From assembly GCA_947455995.1 (NCBI GenBank), contig CANGQA010000005.1, positions 1,599 to 65,598 of the forward strand: DNA of 64,000 bases. The letters are read 5' to 3'. The notes under the pieces were generated by a model. That model was given only the letters and a program-made list of their open reading frames with translations. It was not told where the DNA came from and searched no databases. Origin of the DNA: Hyphomicrobiales bacterium. GTDB taxonomy: Bacteria; Pseudomonadota; Alphaproteobacteria; Rhizobiales; Beijerinckiaceae. The stretch's first letter is position 1, and each line of letters begins with the position of its first letter. A program made the position numbers and the translations under genes. This document shows positions 38,183-46,795 of the stretch, in pieces.

Positions 38183-38484
38183 TAAAGCGGTATTTGCTGG
38201 AGCGCGGCATTGATGTCGGCGCGGGCCTGGCTCTGCTGGTTGGTCAGCATGACGAGAAACTCCTCGCTGGCTGGTTCAATACCGGTTTCGATCGCGAAGA
38301 TATTATGGCTGAGCGAGGTGTAGTAGGCGACAAGGCGGCGGAACACCGGATCACGGTGTTTAAGACGCGCAAAATTGGCGGCCTGATCCGCAAATTCCTC
38401 CTCGACTGAAAGCAGCACAGGGGAGACCACCAAACCCGGATCTTCGGGGTGCGATGGCGGCTCATCTGGATTGGGATCACTCAC
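38179..38484 (-). CDS. DUF465 (YdcH-like) small protein with an acidic/Pro-rich N-terminal extension
   Basis: FARLKHRDPVFRRLVAYYTSLSHNIFAIETGIEPASEEFLVMLTNQQSQARADI follows the DUF465 pattern (..HF.RL..eY......I...E....p.sde.l..LKk.rL.lKDEI). Its stop overlaps the g8 stop within CTAG. Confidence 0.65.
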   Translation of the reverse strand: MSDPNPDEPPSHPEDPGLVVSPVLLSVEEEFADQAANFARLKHRDPVFRRLVAYYTSLSHNIFAIETGIEPASEEFLVMLTNQQSQARADINAALQQIPLY

Positions 38485-38595
38485 AGCAACAACTCCTGAT
38501 TCATCGAGAATTCATAGCCCTAACCTGCATGTCCGACAACCGGACAGAATGGGCTTGGCAGCAGCAGCTTTTTGAAACGGTTATGGCGAGGATGC

Positions 38596-39255
38596 ATGAA
38601 TACGGATTTTCACGAAGTGGTTTTTCCGCTGGCCTTGTCGATGCAGGCCCGCGGCGGGCCGCAGCGGCATACAAACATCGTTACCACTGGCGCAGGTCGC
38701 GAGAACAGGATCAGCCGTTGGGCCTATTCACGATATCACTACGACATCGGCTCAGGAATAAAAACACGCGCTGATCTGGCGTTGCTGCTGAGCTTTTTTG
38801 AGGAACGGCGCGGGGCGTTTTACGGCTTCCGTTTCCGTGATCCGCTCGATCACTCCAGTGCGGAGCCGGATATGGCCGTGACGCCGTTCGATCAGCCGAT
38901 CGGGCAGGGTGATGGCACGCGTCTGGCGTTTCAACTGGTCAAAACCTATGGCGCTGCGTTTGCGCCTTATGCGCGACCTATTTTCAAGCCTGTTGCCGGA
39001 ACTCTCCGGCTTGCTGTGGCGGGAGTGGAGGTCGCACTGGGGCAAAATGCCGATTGTGATCCGCGCACGGGACTGGTGCGCTTTCGTTCGGGCCATTGTC
39101 CGGCGCCCGGGCAGACGGTAACCGCAGGTTTTGAATTCGATGTCCCCGTGCGTTTTGCCGATGATCGGCTGGAAGCAGCTCTCGATGCTTTCGGAAGCGG
39201 CGAGATCACCAAAATCAGTTTGATCGAATTGCTCTGCCAACCGGAAAAGGCATGA
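38596..39255 (+). CDS. GTA distal tail protein (DUF2460 / TIGR02217-like, g12)
   Basis: The hallmark N-terminus is MNTDFHEVVFPLALSMQARGGPQRHTNIVTTGAGRENRISRWAYSRYHYD. A GAGGA Shine-Dalgarno lies 6 nt upstream. Confidence 0.85.
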   Translation: MNTDFHEVVFPLALSMQARGGPQRHTNIVTTGAGRENRISRWAYSRYHYDIGSGIKTRADLALLLSFFEERRGAFYGFRFRDPLDHSSAEPDMAVTPFDQPIGQGDGTRLAFQLVKTYGAAFAPYARPIFKPVAGTLRLAVAGVEVALGQNADCDPRTGLVRFRSGHCPAPGQTVTAGFEFDVPVRFADDRLEAALDAFGSGEITKISLIELLCQPEKA

Positions 39256-39256
39256 G

Positions 39257-40138
39257 ATGATGCGTGATATTCCTCAAAGCCTGACGGGTGATGCCGCCAC
39301 CCATGCCTTGTGCTGGCGTGTCATGCGGCGCGATGGCGTGGTGCTGGGTTTTACCCAACATGATAAAGATTTGATATTCGGCGGGATAACGCATGAGGCG
39401 CGCAGCAGGCTGGATGTGGAGTCTGCACATCAGCTGGCGGGCTTTGCTGGCAGCGAAGCCGTATTGCTGGGTGCGCTTGTTTCTGAAAGTGTGACACAGG
39501 CCGATATAGTGGCAGGTCTGTATGACCATGCAACCATCGAGACATGGCTGGTCAATTGGAACGACCCAACCCAATGCGTCCTGCTCGATTGCGGATCGAT
39601 CGGATGGATCGAGTCTTCCGATCAGGGGTTCAAGGTCGAGGTGCGCTCCGTCGTTGACCAGTTGATGCAGCCACTGGGCCGTTTGTTCCAGGCCCATTGC
39701 TCGGCCGATTTGGGCGATAGCCGTTGCGGCATTGCTTTGAAGGGTCCGGGGTTTCGGCTTGAGGGCATCGTCCGCAATACCGATGGCCGCTCCATGCTGT
39801 CCATGGATTCGGGAGGCTTCGGCGCCGATGGGTTCAGCCGTGGCGTTTTGCACGTGCTTGATGGGGGCAATGCGGGCATGCGGGCGGATATCAAGACACA
39901 TGATGTCAACGGCGGTCAGGCGCAAATCAGTCTGTGGCAGGCCTTGCCTTTCATGCTTGGAGTCGGTGATCGCGTCGCTGCCATTGCAGGGTGTGACAAG
40001 ACCATCGGCACCTGCCAGACGCGCTTTGGCAATGCCGCTAATTTCCGTGGCTTTCCGCGTATGCCAGGCAATGATCTGTTGATCCGTCGGGTGAATGATG
40101 GCGAGGCGGGTATGGATGGCGGGAGTCTTTTCCAGTGA
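39257..40138 (+). CDS. GTA hub protein (DUF2163 plus phage BR0599-like C-terminus, g13)
   Basis: It has THALCWRVMRRDGVVLGFTQHDKDLIFGG and a C-terminal CDKTIGTCQTRFGNAANFRGFP. Confidence 0.85.
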   Translation: MMRDIPQSLTGDAATHALCWRVMRRDGVVLGFTQHDKDLIFGGITHEARSRLDVESAHQLAGFAGSEAVLLGALVSESVTQADIVAGLYDHATIETWLVNWNDPTQCVLLDCGSIGWIESSDQGFKVEVRSVVDQLMQPLGRLFQAHCSADLGDSRCGIALKGPGFRLEGIVRNTDGRSMLSMDSGGFGADGFSRGVLHVLDGGNAGMRADIKTHDVNGGQAQISLWQALPFMLGVGDRVAAIAGCDKTIGTCQTRFGNAANFRGFPRMPGNDLLIRRVNDGEAGMDGGSLFQ

Positions 40139-40596
40139 TCCCCTCCATGACAACGGACACCTTGGCCAAATGCGTGGTGGATGAGGCACGTCGATGGATT
40201 GGCACTCCCTATCTCCATCAGGCCTCGTTATGCGGGGTAGGTTGTGACTGCCTCGGTCTGGTGCGTGGTATCTGGCGGACCTTATATGGCGAAGAGCCCG
40301 AACCCTTGCCTCATTACAGTGCCGATTGGGCCGAGGCATCGGGCAGCGAACAGTTATTGCGAGCCGGACACAGGCATTTCATACCGGTTGCTATGGCGGA
40401 TATGGCAGCCGGAGATGTGGTGCTTTTCCGCTGGCGCGCCGGGTGTCCAGCCAAACACATGGGCGTGTTTTCTGGCGACGGCACCATGATCCATGCCCAT
40501 GCGGGTGCGTCCGTCGCAGAGGTGCATTTCGGTATCTGGGCACGCCGCATCGCACAGGTTTTTCGCTTTCCGACGCCAGATCAACGGGGTGAATGA
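40135..40596 (+). CDS. NlpC/P60 cell-wall peptidase (g14-like)
   Basis: It has WIGTPYLHQASLCGVGCDCLGLVRGIW (catalytic Cys) and GTMIHAH (His). Both ends overlap their neighbours. Confidence 0.85.
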   Translation: MIPSMTTDTLAKCVVDEARRWIGTPYLHQASLCGVGCDCLGLVRGIWRTLYGEEPEPLPHYSADWAEASGSEQLLRAGHRHFIPVAMADMAAGDVVLFRWRAGCPAKHMGVFSGDGTMIHAHAGASVAEVHFGIWARRIAQVFRFPTPDQRGE

Positions 40597-43500
40597 TGGG
40601 CACTTTGATCTTGAATGCTGCGCAAGGATCAGTGCGCGCCACAGCGGGTGGATTGATCGGTCATGGGGTCGGTTCCCTGCTGGGCGGTGGTCCGATTGGC
40701 TCGATGTTCGGACGTATCGCAGGGCAGGCATTTTCTGGTGCTTTGTCAGATCACCGGACCCGCTTGCATGATGGCCCGCGTCTGCATGATATGCCGGTGA
40801 TGGGGGCGACGGAGGGTGCGCCCATTCCCAAAGTCTATGGACGGGCCCGCATCGGGGGCACTTTGATCTGGGCAACCCGTTTTGCCGAAGTGATTACCCA
40901 GACTGAAACCGAAACAGGCTCGGGTGGAACGTCTGGCGGGCTTGGCTTTAAGGGCGGTGGCGGCGGGAGTTCCACCCTCAACCGGACCTATTCATATTAT
41001 GGCAATTTCGCCGTCGCCGTGTGCGAGGGCCCGGTGGCATTTATCAGGCGGATCTGGGCGGACGGCCAATTGCTCGACCATCAGGCCGTGACATTGCGCA
41101 TCTATCGCGGTGATGAAAGTCAGCAGCCAGATCCACTGATCGTGGCCAAGGAGGGAGCGGCCAATACGCCGGCCTTTCGCGGAACGTGTTATGTGGTTTT
41201 CGAGCGGATGCCGCTTGCCGCTTTCGGCAATCGTTTGCCGCAACTGAGTTTCGAGGTGGTGCGTCCGGTCAATGGTATCGGCCAAAAAATTCGCAGCATC
41301 AATCTGATTCCGGGATCGGGAGAATTTGTCTATGGCGTGACTGCCACCTCACGCGATTTTGGGCAGGGGAACAGCCAGTCCGAAAGCCGCCATGACCTGT
41401 CTGGAGCATCCGACTGGATGGTCTCGCTGGATGCATTGCAGGCATTGTGTCCCAATCTGCAGCATGTGCAACTGGTGGTGAGCTGGTTCGGCGATGATTT
41501 GCGGTGCGATAGCTGCACCGTCGCACCGCGTATCGAGATGGCCGGCAAAGCAACGATCGGTGCCCAATGGACGGTGGCAGGATTGGCGCGGGTGGGCGCA
41601 CGGACGGTCAGTCAAATCAATGGACGCGCGGCTTATGGAGGCACCCCGTCTGACCAGTCGGTCATGGAGGCGATAACCGATTTGCACCGTCGGGGGCTCG
41701 CGGTGACGCTTTATCCGTTTTTGATGATGGATATTCCACCCGACAACACGCTGCCCGATCCCTGGAGCGGAACCGATAGGCAGGCGGCCTATCCTTGGCG
41801 TGGGCGGATCAGCTGTGCACCTGCACCCGGTCAAGCCGGTTCGCCCGATGGAACTCTTGCGGCAGCCACGGCGGTCCAGAAATTTTTCGGCAATGCCACC
41901 GCTGCCCAATTCAGCTATCGCAACGGCGTGGTTTTTTCGGGCGGTGCGGAATGGTCGTGGCGCCGCATGGTCTTGCATTATGCAACGCTTGCCAAAGCAG
42001 CCGGAGGGGTCAACGGCTTCATTATCGGATCGGAATTTGTAACACTGAATCATATCCGCAGCGGCATAGGAACCTTTCCCGGGCCGATCGCTTTTGCCCG
42101 TCTGGCAAATGAGGTGCAATCCGTGCTGGGAACCGCAACGGTGCTGACCTATGCGGCTGACTGGACAGAATATGGCGGTTACAGCCCGGGCGCAGGCGAA
42201 TTGCGATTTCCGCTCGATGTGCTGTGGGCGCATCCGGCGATCGGGGCGGTGGGGATTGATGCCTATTGGCCCGTATCCGATTGGCGTGACGGCAACCAGC
42301 ACCGCGATTTAGCCCAAGCTGAAACCATCTATGATCCCGCCTATCTTTCGACTTGCATGATATCGGGTGAAAACTTTGACTGGTATTATGCCAGCCCTTC
42401 AGATCGGCAAGCCCAGTTGCGCACTCCCATCACTGATGGCCGCATCAACAAGCCATGGGTGTGGCGTGCAAAGGATATCCAGGGCTGGTGGTCCAATCAA
42501 CATTTCGAGCGCTTGAATGGCTCGGAATACGCTAATCCCACGCCGTGGCAGCCCTTCTCGAAACCGATCTGGATGACCGAAATAGGCTGTCCTGCGGTGG
42601 ACAAGGGAGCGAATGCCCCCAATGTCTTTCCCGATCCTAAATCCTCCGAGGCGGCTTTGCCGCCTTTTTCGCTCGGCGAGCGTGACGATGTCATGCTGTT
42701 GCGTTTTATCGAGTCTGTCTTGCTGGCTTTTGATCCGCACCAGGGCGCGGATGCCAGCCGTAATCCAACGTCGCCAGTCTATGGCGGGCGGATGATCGAC
42801 GCGGACCGCATCAGCTTTTGGGCCTGGGATACACGGCCGTTTCCGGCCTTTCCGATGATGGGCGATGTCTGGGCCGACAACGGCAATTGGCAAACCGGAC
42901 ATTGGTTGACAGGACGCCTTGAAAGCATCTCGCTCGATGGCCTGATGAAATCGATGCTGGATGATGCCGGTCTCAGTGTGGCTTTGACGGGGCGTATCGA
43001 CGAGGTGATCGATGGTTATGTCGCCGATCATCCGATGAGCGTGGCCGAGATGGTCGCTCCCTTATGTGATCTGCTTGATATCGAGGTGGCGGTAACGGGA
43101 GCGGGTCTGCGTCTGCTGGCATCAAAGCGCAAGCCAGTTGCACAACTGATGCGAGATGATTGTGTGGCCCTGCCCAACGGGGCATTGTTTGAACACCACC
43201 GCAAACGGGAAACAGGTTTACCGAGTGAATTGGCTTTGAGCTTTACTGAGTCTGAAGCTGATTATCGTCGTGCCGTAGTATCTTCCCGGCGGCTGACGGG
43301 TCGGGTTGGGCACAAGGCGCTGGCTGAATTTGCACTGGTGACACGCCGGTGCGAAGCCCAGCGTATGGCCGATACATGGTTGCATCGCCTTTGGACAAGC
43401 CGTGACGAAGTGACGTTTGCATTGACGCCGCGCTGGATCGGACTTGAGGTTGGTGATGTGGTCATGCTGCCGGTCACCGATCTGGCAGGGACCTTTGTCA

Positions 43501-44558
43501 TTACATCAATTCGTGAACAAGGCACGCGGCTGATCACAGCTCGTGCTATTGCCGATACGATCGGTAAAGCCCGGCCAGTTTCTATGCCCGCCCTTCATAT
43601 GAGCGCACCGAAACTGGCCAGTCGTCCATGGGTGGCGATTTTCGATTTGCCGATCACGATGGGATCACCGGTGGTGATGCAAGTGATTGCTGCCTTTGCC
43701 GATCCTTGGCCTGCAAGCCTAACAGTCTGGCGGTCTGCCGACGCGGTGTCCTATGATCCTGTTTTGACGCTGGATGCTCCTGCACGGCTCGGCAAGCTGC
43801 TCGGCGATTGCCCTGCTGGCCGTCTTTGGGTGTGGGATGAGTCCTGTTCTTTGACCATCGAGTTGCAAGGCGGGGTCTTGACCAGTCCGGGCGATCTCAA
43901 CGGATTGAGCGGTTCGCCCGCTCTGGCGATCGAGGGAGCAGACGGGACATGGGAGGTTATCAGCTTTGCACGGGCCGAATTGGTCGGACCCAAACAATGG
44001 CGGTTGAGCCGTTTGCTGCGCGGTCTGGGCGGGTCAGAACTTGCAGCGCAGCGCTTTGTCGCCGCCGGTGCACGTTGCGTTGTGCTCGACAGGGCGGTCA
44101 AGCCATTGCGGCAGGGGCTGTCTGCTTTAGGAGAGGTTTGGCATTGGCGTGTTGCGGCTTCGCATCTTGACTATTCCGACACGATGGCTGTGGCACTCGA
44201 TTCAACGGTCAGTGGAGCGGCTTTGATCCCTCTGTCTCCGGTGGGGCTGACCACCAAACGGACCCCGCAGGGCATTGTGCTGAACTGGATCAGGCGCGCA
44301 CGCTCGGATGCAGATGGATGGGGTGTGTCGGATATTCCGATGGATGAGGACGTCGAGGCCTATCAAGTCAGCATTATCAAACAAGGCCAGACCATCCGGC
44401 AGATGATGGTTTCGACCACCAGCTGCCTCTATGCCGCCACTGATGAATGGGCTGATTTCGGGCAGGCACAAAGCCGTCTCTGGGTCAGTATCAGGCAGAT
44501 CAGTTCAGCTGTCGGACCTGGTGCTGCGCTGACAGCACATGCGACTATCCTCTCGTAA
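40593..44558 (+). CDS. GTA host-specificity / baseplate megatron protein (g15-like)
   Basis: 1321 aa, a size and position that match RcGTA g15. It has an N-terminal Gly-rich segment, a central glycoside-hydrolase-like TIM region and a C-terminal phage-tail host-specificity-like region. Confidence 0.8.
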   Translation: MMGTLILNAAQGSVRATAGGLIGHGVGSLLGGGPIGSMFGRIAGQAFSGALSDHRTRLHDGPRLHDMPVMGATEGAPIPKVYGRARIGGTLIWATRFAEVITQTETETGSGGTSGGLGFKGGGGGSSTLNRTYSYYGNFAVAVCEGPVAFIRRIWADGQLLDHQAVTLRIYRGDESQQPDPLIVAKEGAANTPAFRGTCYVVFERMPLAAFGNRLPQLSFEVVRPVNGIGQKIRSINLIPGSGEFVYGVTATSRDFGQGNSQSESRHDLSGASDWMVSLDALQALCPNLQHVQLVVSWFGDDLRCDSCTVAPRIEMAGKATIGAQWTVAGLARVGARTVSQINGRAAYGGTPSDQSVMEAITDLHRRGLAVTLYPFLMMDIPPDNTLPDPWSGTDRQAAYPWRGRISCAPAPGQAGSPDGTLAAATAVQKFFGNATAAQFSYRNGVVFSGGAEWSWRRMVLHYATLAKAAGGVNGFIIGSEFVTLNHIRSGIGTFPGPIAFARLANEVQSVLGTATVLTYAADWTEYGGYSPGAGELRFPLDVLWAHPAIGAVGIDAYWPVSDWRDGNQHRDLAQAETIYDPAYLSTCMISGENFDWYYASPSDRQAQLRTPITDGRINKPWVWRAKDIQGWWSNQHFERLNGSEYANPTPWQPFSKPIWMTEIGCPAVDKGANAPNVFPDPKSSEAALPPFSLGERDDVMLLRFIESVLLAFDPHQGADASRNPTSPVYGGRMIDADRISFWAWDTRPFPAFPMMGDVWADNGNWQTGHWLTGRLESISLDGLMKSMLDDAGLSVALTGRIDEVIDGYVADHPMSVAEMVAPLCDLLDIEVAVTGAGLRLLASKRKPVAQLMRDDCVALPNGALFEHHRKRETGLPSELALSFTESEADYRRAVVSSRRLTGRVGHKALAEFALVTRRCEAQRMADTWLHRLWTSRDEVTFALTPRWIGLEVGDVVMLPVTDLAGTFVITSIREQGTRLITARAIADTIGKARPVSMPALHMSAPKLASRPWVAIFDLPITMGSPVVMQVIAAFADPWPASLTVWRSADAVSYDPVLTLDAPARLGKLLGDCPAGRLWVWDESCSLTIELQGGVLTSPGDLNGLSGSPALAIEGADGTWEVISFARAELVGPKQWRLSRLLRGLGGSELAAQRFVAAGARCVVLDRAVKPLRQGLSALGEVWHWRVAASHLDYSDTMAVALDSTVSGAALIPLSPVGLTTKRTPQGIVLNWIRRARSDADGWGVSDIPMDEDVEAYQVSIIKQGQTIRQMMVSTTSCLYAATDEWADFGQAQSRLWVSIRQISSAVGPGAALTAHATILS

Positions 44559-44586
44559 CACGACTTTTTATAGAAGGATCAATCCT

Positions 44587-45732
44587 ATGGCGCAAACGGC
44601 TCGGCTCGGTCTGGCACTGATGGCAGCAGCGCAGGCACAAAAACATGTGACCCATAATGATGCATTGCTGTCGCTCGATGCGCTTGTTCAGGCGGTGGTG
44701 CTGGAAACGGACCGTCTGTCTCCACCGGCCGTGCCGCAAGAGGGCGATGCTTATCTGATCGGCACATCGCCCACAGGTGCATTTGCAGGGCAGTCCGGCA
44801 TGCTGGCAGCTTACCTGACAGGAAGTTGGCGGTTCTTTCAGCCACAAACGGGTTGGCTGGTTTTTGCCAAAAGCCGCAATGCGCTGATGGTGCTGAGTGG
44901 TGGCAGCTGGCATGTGCTGGATGATCTGGCCCAAAGCTTTGCCAATCTCAAAAGTCTTGGCATCGGAACCAGTGCGGATTCGACCAACCGGCTTGCAGTC
45001 AAAACCAATGCCGCCTTGTTCGTAGCCACCAGTGCAACCGAGGGCGGCAGTGGTGATTTACGGGTGGTGTTCAACAAGCCCTTGCCTACGGGGACTGTCT
45101 CGCATCTTTTCCAGTCCAACTGGTCCGGGCGAACCGAATTGGGGCTGACCGGGGATGACCAGTTCCATATCAAAGTCTCGCCCGATGGCAGCTCATGGAC
45201 CGAGGCACTGGTTTGCTCCCCCGCCAATGGCACGGTGCGGATGGATAGAGTGCTGACAGGCCGCGCGACGCCTCGTGTGACCGCTTGCTACGAGGCTGAA
45301 TTTTCAGGGGCAAGCAAGCTGGGTATCGCGCTCAATGACAGCGGTGCCGCGGCATCCACAGCCATCAGCTTTAGTCGCTCGGGTGTGCTGATCGGTTCGG
45401 TCGGTTTGGCAACTGCCGGTGTCAGTTTTAACACCACATCGGATTATCGCCTCAAGACGGCAATCAAGCCGCTATCATGTGCCGTCAATCGGCTCAAACA
45501 GCTCAGAGCACTGCGCTACGAATTTATCTCCCAACAGGGGCATGAGCTTGATGGATTTTTGGCGCATGAGGTTGCAGATGTGGTTCCAGAAGCGGTGACA
45601 GGAACCAAAGACGGTATCGACGAGCAAGGTCTTCCGGTATGGCAGCAACTCGACCAGACCCGCTTGATCCCTTTGCTGGTCGCAGCTTTGCAGGAGGTGC
45701 TGATCCGCCTTGAAACTCTCGAAACCCATTGA
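44587..45732 (+). CDS. DUF2793-type tail fibre with a C-terminal peptidase S74 intramolecular-chaperone domain
   Basis: The N-terminus is TARLGLALMAAAQAQKHVTHNDALLSLDALVQ...GDAYLIG. The C-terminus, SDYRLKTAIKPL..AVNRLKQLRALRYEF...GFLAHEVADVVPEAV...LIPLLVAALQEV, matches the autocleaving chaperone module. Confidence 0.7.
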   Translation: MAQTARLGLALMAAAQAQKHVTHNDALLSLDALVQAVVLETDRLSPPAVPQEGDAYLIGTSPTGAFAGQSGMLAAYLTGSWRFFQPQTGWLVFAKSRNALMVLSGGSWHVLDDLAQSFANLKSLGIGTSADSTNRLAVKTNAALFVATSATEGGSGDLRVVFNKPLPTGTVSHLFQSNWSGRTELGLTGDDQFHIKVSPDGSSWTEALVCSPANGTVRMDRVLTGRATPRVTACYEAEFSGASKLGIALNDSGAAASTAISFSRSGVLIGSVGLATAGVSFNTTSDYRLKTAIKPLSCAVNRLKQLRALRYEFISQQGHELDGFLAHEVADVVPEAVTGTKDGIDEQGLPVWQQLDQTRLIPLLVAALQEVLIRLETLETH

Positions 45733-45781
45733 TCGGACTTGTTCATATCATGTTCAGCGATCGCGGTTTACAGATAGGTCT

Positions 45782-46105
45782 ATGAAAACAGCATTCTCAT
45801 CATTGATTTTCATTATCGCCATGCTGGCACTGGCCGGCACGGGCGTTTATGCTGCAAGCAACGGGGCAGGACGTTCCTGTTTGTCGGCCCCCGATGTGCG
45901 TGAACTGGTCGACAAGGCAGAGGTGGTTCCCGCCGCCCGCGCCATTTATACCGCAAGAACGGCGGTTTTCGGCGAAGCCGTCAAGGTACGCTTGTGCAAA
46001 CAGGATGGGGCGTTTGTTTATCTGGTAACGATACTGGCAAAAGATGGAAAAATCAGGGTAGTTGAAGTCGATGGCCGTTCCGGCACTTTGATCGAGCGGC
46101 ATTGA
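45782..46105 (+). CDS. PepSY-domain periplasmic protein
   Basis: It has a signal peptide (MKTAFSSLIFIIAMLALAGTGVYA) and a PepSY-like C-terminus (YLVTILAKDGKIRVVEVDGRSGTLI). Confidence 0.65.
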   Translation: MKTAFSSLIFIIAMLALAGTGVYAASNGAGRSCLSAPDVRELVDKAEVVPAARAIYTARTAVFGEAVKVRLCKQDGAFVYLVTILAKDGKIRVVEVDGRSGTLIERH

Positions 46106-46126
46106 GGCCGATGGGGAAATATTGAA

Positions 46127-46795
46127 ATGCGATTGCTGGTTGTCGAAGATGACAAGGACTTGAACCGCCAGATTGTTGCTGCGCTAGAGCAGGCCGGCTA
46201 CGTCGTCGACAAAGCTTTTGACGGTGAGGAAGGCCAGTATCTGGGAGAAACAGAGCCTTATGATGCGGTGATCCTCGATCTTGGTCTGCCAGTCCATGAT
46301 GGATCGTCGGTGCTAAAGGCATGGCGCGAAGCAGGCAAGACAATGCCAGTGCTGATCCTGACTGCTCGCGGGCGCTGGAGCGACAAGGTCAATGCGTTCG
46401 ATATGGGTGCAGACGATTATGTCACCAAACCCTTCCACATTGAAGAAATTCTGGCACGTGTCCGCGCCCTCCTGAGGCGGGCAACCGGCCATGCCAAAAG
46501 CGAGCTGGTCTGTGGTCCGGTGGTGCTCGACACTAAAAACGGGCGGGTTACGGTTGATGGCAATCCGGTGCGGCTGACCTCGCATGAATACCGTCTGATC
46601 GCCTATTTGATGCACCATCAGGGCCGCATCATCTCACGAAGCGAAATCATCGAACATCTTTATGATCAGGATTTCGATCGCGACTCGAACACCATCGAGG
46701 TGTTTGTCGGGCGAATCCGCAAAAAGCTCGGGATTGATATTATCGAAACCGTACGCGGCCTTGGCTACAGGCTGGAATTGCCGCAGGCTGGTTGA
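46127..46795 (+). CDS. OmpR/PhoB-family response regulator
   Basis: It has a receiver domain (MRLLVVEDD, DAVILDLGLP, LTAR) and a winged-helix output domain (RLTSHEYRLIAYL...VRGLGYRL). Confidence 0.9.
   Translation: MRLLVVEDDKDLNRQIVAALEQAGYVVDKAFDGEEGQYLGETEPYDAVILDLGLPVHDGSSVLKAWREAGKTMPVLILTARGRWSDKVNAFDMGADDYVTKPFHIEEILARVRALLRRATGHAKSELVCGPVVLDTKNGRVTVDGNPVRLTSHEYRLIAYLMHHQGRIISRSEIIEHLYDQDFDRDSNTIEVFVGRIRKKLGIDIIETVRGLGYRLELPQAG

Larger units (their letters stand above)
30713..45732 (+). mobile_element. RcGTA-type gene transfer agent (domesticated HK97-like head-tail) cluster, lacking the g9-g11 block and carrying two antisense insertions
   Basis: The forward gene order is TerS-like, TerL, portal, two small ORFs, prohead protease, capsid, adaptor, head closure, DUF3168, DUF2460-like, DUF2163-like, NlpC/P60, a 1321-aa host-specificity protein and a fibre. 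Many stop/start overlaps are ATGA or GTGA. No integrase, repressor, replication or lysis genes are present. Confidence 0.85.

Noticed and set aside
44950-45450. Possible diversity-generating (DGR-type) variable region in the tail-fibre gene.
   Set aside because: There is no reverse transcriptase, no template repeat copy and no adenine-specific mismatch pattern anywhere in the window.
30713-45732. Interpretation of the cluster as an ordinary (cryptic) prophage.
   Set aside because: There is no integrase, excisionase, repressor/antirepressor, replication or lysis module, no tRNA or att-like repeats at the borders, and composition is host-like. The g12-g15 gene families are those characteristic of alphaproteobacterial GTAs. 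This cannot be excluded fully without phylogeny.
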